Below are positions 49,825-63,800 of a stretch of DNA of 64,000 nt, piece by piece. The stretch covers positions 1 to 64,000 of the forward strand of contig JBHGNT010000138.1 of assembly GCA_043228905.1 (NCBI GenBank), written 5' to 3'. Source of the stretch: Azolla caroliniana (lineage: Eukaryota; Plantae; Polypodiophyta). The position numbers and the translations under genes are program-made. Under the pieces are notes generated by a model, which worked only from the letters and a program-made list of their open reading frames with translations, ran no database searches and was not told the DNA's origin. Within the stretch, counting starts at the first letter, position 1. Each line of letters opens with the position of its first letter.

Positions 49825-49927
49825 ACGCGTATTCTTTGTGTTAAGTTCTCCATTAAATCTTTTCTCATTTTCTGTTGCTATCCGGCTGAGCCGGTTTGTC
49901 GAACGCTTTCGCACGCTAAATCTCACA
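44920..49927 (+). mobile_element. Ty1/copia element, internally deleted; 5' LTR 44920-45807 (containing a nested solo LTR), PBS-Met 45808, 3' LTR 49471-49927
   Basis: TSD ACTTT (44915-44919 / 49928-49932) and TGGTATCAGAGC. gag, PR and IN are present; IN is fused to mid-RT at ~47995; RNase H follows. Both LTRs contain (CT)n. Confidence 0.88.
45303..45734 (+). mobile_element. Solo LTR with TG..TA ends, nested in a copia LTR
   Basis: Exact TSD AAACC (45298-45302 / 45735-45739); homologous to 20867-21322 and 43624. Confidence 0.9.
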
Positions 49928-50016
49928 ACTTTCATACACAATCTCTCTCTCTTTCACTCCCACTAATGGTACAATGGTGTTTAAACCGTTGAATATGGGA
50001 TTTGGGTAAGTGCACT

Positions 50017-53000
50017 TGATTAACAAAACATTACAAGATTAAGACCTTAATACACATGATTTTTTCAACAAACCCCTTTATACCCATTAGAGTTAACCGA
50101 AATAGCACCATGATAATGATGGTTTTTACAAAATGGCATTCAAGTTTAAACAAGAAAACAAACAATAAGGAGCGGTTGAGCTTTCAGTGAAGATCCAAGC
50201 GGAGAGGTGTCATCGAGGCCTCAAGTACGATAAATGACAACAATGCCTTTATTTTGATGTAGTGAAGAAGAAGCTTAACAAATTCACTATCACACTCACT
50301 CTCTCTTAAACCCAAAAACATTTAAAAAGAAAGAAGAAGAAGAAAATATAAGAAAACCCTAGATAAAACAAAAAATGGAGACATAAAACTGCTCAACAAA
50401 AAATCTGTTGAGAGACAAGCTCAACATTCGTGCGTAATACGATGCGTAACCCAGTGTGTAGACTGGGTGCGTAAATCGGTACGCATAACATGGCCGTATC
50501 GGTGTGAAAACTGCGAGGCCGTTGGGAAGATATTCCTCGTAAGGAATAATTTTGGGAGTTAGTGTAGTAGGCTTATTTATGAGCAGTCAAGTACTGTCAA
50601 TACTTGTGTCAACCCTATTGTCAGGGCTTGTATAAAAGGTGCTCACTGAGCACGGTGTATGTACAGATTAAGTATTATTTTGAATTGAGTTTCTGTGTTC
50701 TCTCTCTGTCTCTCCCACGTACTGTGTATATTCAAGCTCTCCATTAAACCTGCGTATTGCTTCCGCATATAATCTTTTTAATGGTATTAGAGCGCGAGGG
50801 TTGAGAACCTCTGCAGCCGACATAACTTGAAAAGAGAACTAACCAAGAAGAATAGGAAAAAACAAAATGGATAGAGGCATGGCTAGCTCGCTTCCTACCG
50901 AGAAGCTCGACAGAAACAACTACGCGTCTTGGTCCTACAAGATGCACCAGTACCTGCTCGGGCATGGTTATTGGAGCTATGTCGACGGAGCAAATGACAC
51001 AACACTTGAATCGACACACAGAATATTGTACTGCTTCGCGTCTTGTGTGGGCGAATAGCTCTTGAGCTATATTCGGGATGCGAAAATGCCAAAGGATGGT
51101 TGGGAAAATCTGAAGATCTTCGCCGCAAGCACCACAGCCAGGAAGCTTCAACTCCGATAGGAGCTGAGCAATTTACGACAACGTGACTTATCGGTGGCTG
51201 ATTACACCTCGCAGATCAAAGAGATATGCGACTCTATCGATGTGAACGTTGACGAAGGCAAGATGGTGCAAATCTGTCTTGGGGGACTGGTGTCGAAGTT
51301 CGGAGTGTTCCGAACTGCTGTGTGTACACGGGAGAATATGCCGTCATTTTTTGACTTACAATCGATGCTCCTTATAGAGGAGAGGAGAACCACACGGGTG
51401 TGACGACAAGCACGCATGCCAACAACAAGATGTTGTACACGGAGGGAGATAGGCCCCGTGGTCGTGGCAGACGAGGCGAGTCGGTGCGCAATGGAGGCGG
51501 TCGACGGGATCGAGGAAGAAGGCACCGAAGTGATGCCGACAACAATTCTTGACCCTCCAGAATAGAGGGAGTCGAGTCGACGAGAACTAGCAAGGGAAAT
51601 TTGTCGCGGAATGCTGGTACTGTGGCAAAAATGGCCACAAGGAGAGCGAGTGCTGGAAGAAGAGCACCGATTTGGATAGGACCGGATCCGAATCAGGTTC
51701 CGGACAGACCGACAAAGGAAATCGGCAGTGATCGCACTACGCTGAAGGATCCGAAAAAGCCGGAAAAGGGTCAGTCTTCGTGACGAGACACGAAGCAAAC
51801 TCGATGAAGAAGAACACCCCGAAGTCGGACGAGGTGTGGTACGTCGACTCCGGCGCGTCAAACCACATGACGTGCCACAAGGAGTGGTTCTCGTACCCGG
51901 AAAAACCGATGCAACCGGGAGTAGTCGCAACTGGAGACGACACTCCGCATCCGATCGTGAATGTCGGTGAAGTTCCCTTGAGCCATGTCGGGCAGAAAGG
52001 GAAACTTATGAACGTGTTACACATCCCAACAATCACGAAGAATATGGTGTCGGTCGGGCAGATCGTCGACTAGGGGATGCAAGTTCGGTTCACGCATCTT
52101 GGGTGCTTCATCGAGGAAGAAGGCCGAGTTATTGCGCAAGGGCACAGAGACGGGAGGATGTTTATCCTCAACTCTAGTGACAGTGGCACCGCAATGTTCG
52201 CGAAAGGACAAAAAGTCGAGTCAGATATCGACTTATGGCACAAGAGAATAGGCCACATTCAACTATCAACGGCTTCAGGACCTGCAATCGAAACAGGTGG
52301 TGTTCAGATTGCCCAATTTTAGTGGCCAGAAGGCATGAATTTGTGAAGCCTACTAGCTAGGGAAGCAACACCGACTTCCTTTCCCTAACGAGCGTAATCG
52401 GAGCCGGAACAAGCTCGACTTGATACATTCCGATGTATGGGGGCCGGCATAGAACGTTAGTCTTGGCGGGAGTCGATATTTTGTCTCCTTCATCGACGAC
52501 AATACGTGGCACACATGGATCTACCTCATCGAGAAGAAGAGTGAAGTCTTCGACTGTTTCCGGGACCTCAAAGGGTTCGTGGAAACGGAATAGGACGAAA
52601 GATCAAGCGCTTGCGGTCTGATGGCGGAAAAGAGTACTTTTCTGGTCAATGCAACGGCTATCTACAACAGATGGGAATTCGGCACGAATTCAGTTGTAGA
52701 TACACACCGGAGCAAAATGGCGTGGCCGAGAGGAAGAATTGGTCAATTGTAGAAGCGGCACGAGCAATGTTGGAGGAGAAGAGCTTGCCCAAGTTCTATT
52801 GGGCCGAGGTGGTACGAACCACGGTGTACATTCAGAATTGGATCGGAGAAAAAGTGTCGGCGCATGAGCTTTATTTCAGAAGGAAGCTGAATCTGCGACA
52901 CTTGAGAGTTTTCGGTAGCATTGTGTATGTGCATGTGCCGAAGGAGAAACGGAGGAAGTTGGACGTGAAAGCTGAGAAGTGTATCTTGGTTGGCTATTTG

Positions 53001-56000
53001 GACGAGTAGAAGGGTTATAAGTGTTATAACCCTCGCACCAAACAAGCGCGCGTGAGCTGCAACATTGTGTTTGACGAGTCCGCGTCTTGGTACTTGCCTC
53101 CAGACCTCACCTCTAATCTGAGTTCTGACGATGAGGTCAACGAGGTTGAGATGCCTCCGGATGAGCCTGAAATCGGGACCCGCGAAGAGAGTCCGATTTC
53201 ATTTCGGTTAAGCGGACCGGATGGGCGACTGAGTCAGTTTGACCAGTCCGATGAAGAGCTGGCGAGTAGTGGAGACTCGGCCGTGCATTCCCCGCGCAGG
53301 AAGCCGAGGAGACGGCTTACACGCAAGGAAAAAGGGAAGAAGAAGGTGTCAGATTATGGCTCGGATAAGAACGAGTTGAATCGACCCGAGTCTGACTCCG
53401 AGGGAAGTGATGATGGGTCTTCGAGAGTGAAGTCCGCATCGACTAAAATAGCCTCAACATCGGCTAATGAGCAATTGCGCCGATCTACCCGCCAGAAGAA
53501 CCCTGTTGTGCGGTTCGGATACAATGAGTACATGGCATATCACTATGCATACATGACTCGTGCAGCGGAAGTGCGTGAGCCAGAGAGCTACGCAGAAGTG
53601 GCGAAGGATGCAAATTGGCGCGCCGCAATGGAGGAAGAGATGCGCACATTAGCGGAGAATGAAAGCTGGGACCTGGTTGACGCACTAAAAGGTGTGAAGC
53701 CGATCGGATGCAAGTGGGTGTACAAGGTCAAGTACAACACCGATGGCTTAGTCAACCGATACAAGGCCCGATTAGTAGCGAAAGGCTATGCGCAGAAACA
53801 CAACATCAACTACGATGAGACGTTTGTGCCGGTCGCGAAGATGACGACCGTCCGTGTTTTGCTCGCGGTAGCTGCGGCAAAGGGGTGACACTTACATCAG
53901 ATGGATGTAAAGAATGCGTTCTTGCAAGGTGAGCTTGAGGAACAGCTGTACATGGTACAACCCCCTAGATTTCACTCCGGAACGAACACTTCAGCGGTGT
54001 GCCGATTGAAGAAGTCCCTTTACGGACTAAAGCAAGCCCCGTGTGCCTGCAACGCGAAGATCACGCAACGATTGCATCGGTTGGGCTTTGCGACGTCAAA
54101 ATCGGACTCCTCACTATTCATCCGGAAAGGTCGACTCGGGCTGGTTAGCATTTTACTTTATGTTGATGACTTGGTCATCACCGGCACCGACCTAGGTGAG
54201 ATTGACCGCGTGAAGCTCTAGCTTGCGGCATCATTCGACATGAAGGATCTGGGGGACCTTCATTACTTCCTTGGGATCGAAGTGATCCGCACCCCCGAAG
54301 GCATACTGATCAGCCAACGACATTACGTGTTGAGTATGCTCTTCAAATTCGGGATGGCCGACTGTAAGTCCATCTCGACTCCTCTGGATAGAACCATCAA
54401 GCTTTGACCTAATTCCGGAAAGGTATGCGACCCGACGAGGGTCCGACAGATAGTCAGAAGCCTTATATACTTGACCATCATCCGACCAGATCTCAGCTAC
54501 CCGGTCAGGGTGATTAGTCAGTTCATGGCGCGACCGACCGAGGAGCACCTTTAGTGCGCACAACGCTTATCCGATACGTCAATGGCACTAAGGACTGGGG
54601 GCTACTATATCGGACCGATACTACCACACAGTTGGTCGGTTACACCGATGTTGATTGGGCCGGAAACGCCGCCGATCGCCGATCCACGTCTGGTTTCGCG
54701 TTCTCTCTTGGGAGTGCTGCGATCGAGTGGAGTAGCAAGGAGTAGCCGACAGTTGCGCTGTCGAGCACCGAAGTCGAGTATAGAGGAGCGGCTGTCGCGA
54801 CATGCGAAGCCATATGGTTGAAGCGGCTACTTAAGGATCTGCAGGTGGAGGTATTCGATCCAATGACAATCTACTACGACAACCTCAGCAGCATCCAGCT
54901 AGCTAAGAACCCCGTCTTCCATGCCCGGACTAAGCACATTGAGGTGCACTACCATTTTGTCTGTGAGCATGTCCTCTCCAGTGAAGTCGAACTTCAGTAT
55001 GTTCCTACGGATCGGCAGAACGCCGACATCTTCACCAAGCCTCTTGGTCTAGACAAGTTGCGGCAATTCTCGGGTGCGCTTGGGTTGCGTCACCTGGACG
55101 TGCCGAACTTGAGTGGGACAGATGTCCATGATGACCACGGAAGGGAGTAGGAAAGGAGCGGAGAAGACTGTGATGACGAGTTGGATGACGAATTCGATTT
55201 CGGATCGGCTGAAGAAGTCGAGGGCGGATCCGCGGAAGAGTCAAAAAGCGGACATAAGGGGAGCAGTCAAAAGAAAGAGCCGAAGACAACCAAGACCGAA
55301 AACGAGTTGGAGACAGCCAACTCGGACGAGAGCGAAAACCGATCAGAGGAAGTCGAGTCGGTTCAGATGTTTGATTCGGATACATTGAATCAACCAAGGG
55401 CCAAGCGGAAGAGAAGGCAGCAGAAGAGTCGCCAACACCGCAAATGCAAAAAAAGCTGAGAAGGGCCGTGTAAGCAAACAGGCCGACCGGAAGGGTCGAG
55501 GCGCGTAGAATCGAACGGGTCGAGGAGCATGAGCAAGGCGTGAAGTCAGAAGGAACCGGAGCGTAGATCTGGCGGAGTAGGTGGAACCTCAAATTGAGCT
55601 TGAGGGGGAGTGTTGAGAGACAAGCTCAACATTCGTGCGTAATACGATGCGTAACCCAGTGCGTAGACTGGGTGCGTAAATCGGTACGCATAACATGGCC
55701 GTATCGGTGTGAAAACTGCGAGGCCGTTGGGAAGATATTCCTCGTAAGGAATAATTTTGGGAGTTAATGTAGTAGGCTCATTTATGAGCAGTCAAGTACT
55801 GTCAATACTTGTGTCAGCCCTATTGTCAAGGCTTGTATAAAAGGTGCTCACTAAGCACGGTGTATGTACAGATTGTGTGTTCTCTCTCTGTCTCACCCGC
55901 GTATTGTGTATATTCAAGCTCTCCATTAAACCTGCGTATTTTCTGTGTTCGGTTTTCTATTTCTTCTGCACATAATCGTTTTCAAAATCAAACCCCTCAA

Positions 56001-56224
56001 TGAACCCTCCTCTCCTCTTTTTATAGAGAAAAGGTAACACCAACCACATTTAATGCTAGGTTACCTCCTTTACATAAAATATGTAAAAGGGTAGCCCCTT
56101 TACCTACCCACCAAAACTGAAACTTGATGTAGAAGTTAGATTTACGGGGCAATGGTGGGGAGGGTGAAGAAAGGAGGATTTGAAGGACAATGTTGCGATA
56201 TCAACCTCAACTATGTTTTCAACA
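50017..56224 (-). mobile_element. Probable solo LTR split by the 50406-55984 element
   Basis: The minus strand starts TGTTGAAAACATAGTTGAGGTTGAT, has CTATAAAAAG at ~56020, and continues through 50405; no clean TSD. Confidence 0.4.
50406..55984 (+). mobile_element. Full-length Ty1/copia element, LTRs 50406-~50781 and 55611-55984
   Basis: Exact TSD AAATC, PBS TGGTATTAGAGC at 50782, complete but stop-ridden gag-pol, and PPT GAGGGGGAG. Confidence 0.95.
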
Positions 56225-57099
56225 CATTTGATTGAGAGTTAACTATTTACCTAACTAATAGTTCAAAGTTCTTGTAACTATTTAATAGTTGGTGTTTTTG
56301 TAAGTCACTTCATAAGTGCTTAATGCATGAGATTTTGTACTTCATATCATAGTACATTTTTTGTAGACAACACACTAACTCACTCATTCACTAAACCCTA
56401 AACCCTTTTCCATCATTACATGTGTACTCACACATGGTCGTATATAAACTCATCATGGAGTTCTTTGGTAATTGATGATGTTTGATACATATTTTCCCTC
56501 TTCTACATAAATTCCTGAGTATTAATCATCTCTCGCACTTGATCCATCTTCTCCACATGCATATTAACACATATTTCTTTCTCTCCTTCATCAGATTTGA
56601 ATAATAATCACTCAAATAATTGGTACTAGTTACACATATAATAAGTACCTACCTATTACATAATCACATGGTAACCATTTACATAGCATCAAGGATTGGG
56701 GATTAGTATATCCACTAAGTGCAACTGACCATTTGTGTTAAGTATGTCTGAGCCATCGACGACAAAACAATTAACATATTATTGCTATGTAGCATGTGAT
56801 CGAAGGAAAATTGAAGAGACAAAAAGAACAAGATTGCAACATAAAAACAAATGAAAAGTGCATGATCGAAACAAATGGGAATCTAAATTGAAATGATTTT
56901 GCATCTTGGGAGTGCACGATGCACCAATCCGTTGTGAGAAAAGGTTATTGTGGTTGCATTAAAGAAGTAAAAAAAATGATGCTCGACCTTACCCATACCA
57001 ACTACCAACATTGAATCAAATGAGCATGTGTACATGCTCACATGCTCATCTACATCTTGTAAGAAGTGTGGGAAAACTTCAAGAACATTTTCATTGCAA

Positions 57100-57320
57100 A
57101 CATGATTGTTGGAAGGTTATATATTTCGCAACATGTCAACAATATTTGACAAAAAGATATGTTTGTTTTGGACTACACAGTGAAGATGAAAGATTTGTGT
57201 GACCCACTAACCTCTAACTTTACAATCCATTATGATGAAATTGTGAAAATATGTCTGGAGTACTTGCACAAAGACTCAATGCATTCCGGTGTCGTGTTGC
57301 GAATGGCACATGATGGGAAA
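57100..57320 (+). pseudogene. Highly degenerate copia gag fragment
   Basis: MFVLDYTVKMKDLCDPL...DEIVKICL resembles SVADYTSKIKDICDSL...EMVQICL of the neighbouring copies. Confidence 0.55.
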
Positions 57321-57949
57321 CCACCTCTAAAGCGAGTAAATTTTCTATTTAAAATAAACATAAAGAGTGAGTTTCAAACTCAACATGCCTCCTCTTTAAC
57401 GAAATGTAACTATCACTAAGATAACTATTTCATATGCTAAATAAATATATAATTATGTAGTTAATATACTTATTTGATGTCATTTAAAGCATGAACACTA
57501 AGTGGCGATATGCCCTCACCCCGTTATGCATGTTAGACCTTATATATAGGTGTTCTCATCTTATATAAAGGGGGAAGGAGAAAGAAGGGAAGAGGGGAAA
57601 ACAAAATAATATTGATGTCTCAAGGAGAATAAAAGAGCAATGTGGCTCAAAAATTCTTGAAAGGAGGGTTAAAATCTAAGACATAAGTTCATATAAATTA
57701 ATACAATCAAATCTTTCCATTTGAGTATATGTTTATCGAAGTCATTTAAAATTATAAGTTATTAGTTTAACATATATAAATAACAAACTTTTATTAAAGG
57801 TATGTTTTGGTCTATTGGTCGAAATGATTTAATTTGTCATGAAGTTCATGTGTTTGAAACCTAATTTTGCAAAAAGAATCCTTGCATAGTATATTTTTGC
57901 CTCCTCCAAACACCACTTTTGGGTAAGGTCAGGTGCTTGTCCACGCACT

Positions 57950-60800
57950 TGTGATGCACACTTCCAGACACCGAGCAGAAAACACAACAAGAGAGACATT
58001 AGAGATTACAACAAGAGAGAAATTTCTAACTTTCTCTACAATTGTATACATACAAGTCTTTTGGCATTAGGCCGAGTTAGCAGAGTTATAGTCGGAAACT
58101 AGCTTGATTCGGCTAGTCATCTGGATCGTCTGTTATCCAGGTCGGCTAGACTAGGTTAGTTGGATCGATTGATTCGGATAAACTTGCATTCGAGTCGGCT
58201 CATGTCCGATTCCAACTCTCGGCCTCTAGTCAATTGTCCGCTTCCTGCTCACGATAGCTTCCATGCTCACTGCTGGATCCTCGATTTGTCTTCGGCTTCG
58301 CTCGCCAGACAATCATTTCCTTTCTTGTCGACATCCTCGCACTCGGCTACGTCCTTAGCCTTTTGGCTTTCCGATTCTTTGGACTTTGCTTTTTCGGTTC
58401 GTCCGATCGGGCCGGTCATTGACTTACCTATTGTGATTGTTTGTTTGGTTCTCTTCTGCTCGGTCGCTTGTTGTAGTTCCATCGTTGTCCTCAATGCTCC
58501 GAGGCGTTGATTTGGGAGTGGCCTCATTAGGCAATCAACGATGTTAACCTAGGTGTTGATCTTCCGGATTTAGAGCTTCTTCTCTGTTACGAGCACTCGG
58601 GTATGATAAAACCACACCTCAATATGTTTCGTCTTCACATGGTAGATGGGATTGCTAATGAGGTGTATTGCGCTCTTGAGTCACAATAGATGGTCGACAC
58701 TGGATGATCGATTTGGCTTGTGGCTGAAAAATCGGCCGATAGTTGGTGCATCCAGATTGCTTCCTTTGTTGCTTCCAACGCGGCAATGTACTCGGCCTCT
58801 ATGGTCGATAGGGCCATGCAGTCTTGCAATTTCGATCTCCCTGATGTCGACTTCTGATTGTCTGGATTACCTGGTGTAGCCTTTGACTTGTGTCAGATTT
58901 GCTGATCGAAAAGTGAATTGTACATCTTCGGTTTCCCTCAAATACCTGACGATGTGCTTGATGGCCTCCCAATCCTTCCGTCCTATGTTCGACATGTACC
59001 AGCTGACAACCCCAATGGCATATGCAAGATCACATCGGGTCTCCATTGTTGCATACATGATACTTCCTACGGTTGATGCATAGGGTATCTTTCCATTGAG
59101 TTGTTTTCCTTGTCAGTCAAAGGAGAGTTCATGTCTGTTAGTCATGTTGACATTGGGAGCGGAGTCGGTGCCAGCTTAGTATTCTCCATGTTGAACCTTC
59201 AAAGAACCTTTGGGATATAGTCAGATTGGGAGACCTAGAGAGTCTTCATCATCCGAATTTGCTCGATCCTCATGCCAAAGATATGTCAGGCTTGTCCGAG
59301 TTCCTTCATCGTGAATTTTTTATAAAGGGTCCGCTTTAGTCTTCCGATTTCTTCTTGATTGCTCTTTGCAATCAACATATCGTTGCCGTATAGGATCAGG
59401 TAGATCCTGGACTCGTCGGCCAATTCCCAAATGTACATGCATGGGTCAGAGTTCAACCGGTTGTACCCGAGCTGCCAGATGTAAGTATCAAACTTTTGAT
59501 ACCAAATTCTTGGTACTTTCTTGAGGTCATATAGGCTCTTCTTCAGCTTGCCAACAAGTTCACCTTGCTCCCCTATCGCCGTGAAGCTTGTCGGTTGAGA
59601 CATATAGATGGCTTCATCTAGATATCCGTGAAGGAAGATCGTCTTTACGTTGAGTTGCTCCAGTTCTAGGTCTTCTATCACCACAACCCCTAAAAGGAGC
59701 TGGGGGTGGTCATTTTGACTACAGGCGAAAAGATCTCGTTGTAGTGAACCCCATGTTCCTGTTTGAAACCTTTGGCGATGAGCCGAGCTTTGTACTTGGG
59801 TTGTTCCGAACTGGATATGTAATTGTATCTGTAGAACCATTTGCACGGTAGTGGCTTCTGATTAGTTGGTAATTCAACCAACTCCAATGTCCTGTAGCCA
59901 TGTCTTGGCATCACGTGTAGGTACAACTTCCTCATATTCTCCTACATCTGTGTAGTTGACGTAGTCGATGCCCGGTTGGTAAAACTATGTTGGCCTTCTA
60001 ACTTGTCTGGATCACTTGGGTGCCAAGTTCTTTGGTTCAGATCCTTCCATCATCTCTATCGGCTGATTGATATTTCTTGAACTATCTCCAAGAGTCTTAT
60101 GGGATGATACACCCCTTAAATAGGATTTCGGTGATGTTAAATCATTCTCCCCTTTTTTGGGATTGATTAACGAAGGAGTAGAAGCCATGGCCAGCTCAGC
60201 TCAACCTTTCAGCATCTTATCTTATTTTCCTTCTTTGGCCCTTTCGATATACTTTGCCGGTTCGACATTTGTCAATCTTTCAGTTGAATCAAAGTCGATT
60301 TCGACTAGGAATATCTTGCCGTTTCAGATTCAATAGAGGGGTTGTTGGCTCAATCGATTTTGATTGTTTGTTGAATCTCTGGTTTGGCCCAATGATTCGG
60401 TTCTTCTATGGTATCTCTGTCTATGTCGAAGGAGACCTTTTTTCCAACCATTTTTGGTTGGTTCCATTAAGAAAGAATTGAGTCTTCATTAAAGACTATA
60501 TAACTACTCCAGATCAATTTTTGGTTCTCTGGGTCCTATAGTCAATAGCCGAAGTTCCCATCGGTTCCATAACCGAAAAATATACACTTAAGTGCATGGG
60601 GTGCCAACTTGGTCCTTTTGTCCCTAGGGGTGAAGGTGTAGGCATCGCATCCTAAAGTACGAAGCCTGTCGTAGGTCGCATGTTTACCTGACCATAGTCC
60701 CTATGGCACTTTGAGCCGTATTTCTCTCAACAACAACAGATTTATCAAATATACTATCGTTTGCAACGCTTCGGCCAAAATTCCAGCTTTAGTCCGGTTT
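57950..60800 (-). mobile_element. Ty1/copia (Tork-like) fragment: integrase C-terminus, RT, RNase H, 3' region
   Basis: [53 protein letters not shown]. Confidence 0.88.
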
Positions 60801-60859
60801 GTTGGGGCATTGTTGTCACCCTCTCCCGGATCATTTGGTTGATCGAATCCGCCATGACA

Positions 60860-63800
60860 TTCTGCACAGTTGGAGTCTACGGGCTTCCATGGTTTTTTCT
60901 TGATGAGGGTTTCCACGTTAACATCTGGTGTCATCGGATTATGTGTAAGTGCATCGATCTTCATTTTTGGTTTGTTTCTTCCATTGTGTTTAAGACTTGG
61001 TTGCGGCTGAGCACTATTCTTCTCAAATTGGTATTAGAGCATGGAAGATCCATTCGGCAACATGTTCAAGCTCACCGGCTCCACCTACCTAGTGTGGAAG
61101 TCAAAGATGAGGGACATGTTGGTGGTCAAAGCTCTTTGGCTTCCGGTATAGTTCGGAGACAAAATACCAAATAAAATCGATGCCGCAAACTAGGAGGCGA
61201 TGCACATGAGAACAACGACATACATTCGATGCTTCATAGACATGAGCCTGTACAACAACTTTAACGAAGAAAGTAAGGCTCATGTGCTCTGGAAGAAAAT
61301 CGATACCATGCTGGAAAGAAATAATGCAGTGAATCACAACTCAGTATTCCGGAAGTTAGTGAGACTTTGATACCAAGACAGGTCCAGTATGCAAGAGCAC
61401 ATGAATGTCTTTCAGGGGTTGATAATTCAAACAACCTTGTTGGAAGTACCTCTAGCCGACGAGGTACTCGCGTTGTTGCTGCTCGGTTCCCTCCCAGATA
61501 GTTGGGTGATGCTAGTTGTCACTTTGGGCAACTCCGAGCCGAAAGGAAAACACCTATCCCTAGCAAGGGTAAAATCAAGCTTGTTGGATGAAGAAGCTCA
61601 CCAGAAGGACCAGGAGTCCGGAACTGATCTGAAGGCTTTGGTTACGGAAGACGATCATAATTGGGGAAGAGGCCGGAATCAGAGTCCCTAGAACATGGAA
61701 AAGTAGAGGATGAGGTCGAAGTCAAGGAGGAGACCCACCTGCTTCTATTGTGGGAAGCCGGGGCACTTCCAGAAGAATTGTCGGCACTTACGGAAGGAGA
61801 AAGGAACCGACAATACCAACTCGAAGAAGGGTTCGGACCGAAGGAGGTTGGATCAGAAAGGAACAATGGAAATCACGAGAAGTGAAGAAGAACTATTGCT
61901 TATCATTGAGGAGAGAGAGCTACACCTTATTAGCGAAGAAACGACGGGTGGTCGACTCCGAAGCGCTGTTTCATCTGACCCACGACCGGAAATGCTTCTC
62001 ATCATACAGAGCCGGAGATCACGGTTGTGTCCGGATGGGGAATGATGGTGCATGCCAGATTGTTGGCATAGGAGATGTGTGGTTGACTATGTCAACCGGG
62101 TGCAGATTGCTATTGAAGGATATCTGACACGTTCCGGAGGTTCGGTTGAACCTGATATAATCCGTCACCTGGATAATGAAGGCTACACAGGTAGCATCCG
62201 GAACGGAGTCATGAAGTTTAGCAAAGGAATCCTAATCGTGTCTCGAGCCCGGAAGATCAACACATTGTACTTGATGCATGCCCAGATTTGCCAGGAAGAA
62301 GTGAACGTGGCATCTGACAATGACGGTGAGTTGTGCCACAAGAGGTTGTGCGACATGAGCCAGAAAGGGATGCATAAACTTGCCAAGGAAGGTCAAAGAG
62401 TACTGATGGTCAAAGAGAATCCGGCTCAAATTCCTTGTGCCAAAGACACCGGAGCTCAATGGATTGGTTGAAAGGATGAACCCGACTGTGATGGAGAGAG
62501 TCCGGAGCATGCTAGCACATGCTAAGTTGTCCAAGATGGGCTGAGGCACTCATGGCGGTGCCTTACATGATAAATAGATCACCCTCAACACCCTTAGATG
62601 GAGACACACCACAGAGACTATGGACCAATAAAGTCATGTCTTACCAGCATCTAAAGGTGTTCAGTTGTCTCGCTTACGTGCATGTTGGATCCAAGAGAGA
62701 AAAGTTGGATCCAAAGTCAAGGCCATGCATATTCCCTGGATACGGCGATGATGAGTTCGGCTACCGAGTGTGGGACTTGGTCGACAAGAAATTCTTCCAG
62801 AATCCAGACATAGTCTTCGTGGAAGCCAAGACTATTGCAGACTAGGACTCAGAGAAGAAGATAGCAAACTCCAGATCGACCGACAGAGATCGGTTGGAAG
62901 ATGGAAGGACACATCTGATCAAAATTCGGATGTCAGCCGAAGACTAGGATAAACCAACCGGATTCGGACAAAGAACCAGAACCGACCGAAGAAGAATCGG
63001 ACACTAGAACCAGACAAGACCCCGAATCGGATTTGGATGTAGAACAAACGGAGGAATCGGTGGTCGAGAATGAAGGAAGGAGATTTCCTCACAGGAAGAG
63101 AAGAGCCCATCGGAGATTTCCAGATGCAGAGCATGTGCTGCTGACCAACGAGGGGGAGCCGGAAAGCTTCGAAGAAGCAAAGAGAGACACCCACGGCAGG
63201 AAGTGGTTAAGTGTCATGCAGGATGAGATGGATTCCCTACATGAGAACCACACATATGACCTAACGGAGCTGCCGAAAGCAAAGAGGGTGCTTCAGAACA
63301 AGTGGTTGTACAAGCTGCAACCAGGAGACACCGGAAATCCACCAAGGTACAAAGCCCGCATTCTGTTAAAGGGTTTCCAGTAGAAGAAAGGAGTGGATTT
63401 CGACGAGATCTTTGCCCCGGTAGTAAAGATGAAATCCATCGAAACTCTGTTGAGCATAGTGGCAAGCATGGACCTCGAGGTCGAACAACTAGATGTGAAA
63501 ACGACGTTCCTTCATGGAGACCTTGCGGAGGAGATCTACATGCAGCAACCGGAAGGATTCGTCAAGAAAGGATAGGAGCACTTGGTGCGCCGGTTGAAGC
63601 TTTTATACAGACTGAAGCAAGTTCCCCGGGAATGGTACCGGAAGTTCTACTCCTTCATGATCGACCAGGGATACCACAAGATGCAAGCCGACCATTGCGT
63701 GTTTGTGAAGAAGTTCGATGGAGGAGATTTTCTAATACTCTTGTTGTACGTGGACGACATGTTAATAGTCGGACCGGACCAAACCAAAATCGGAGTGCTA

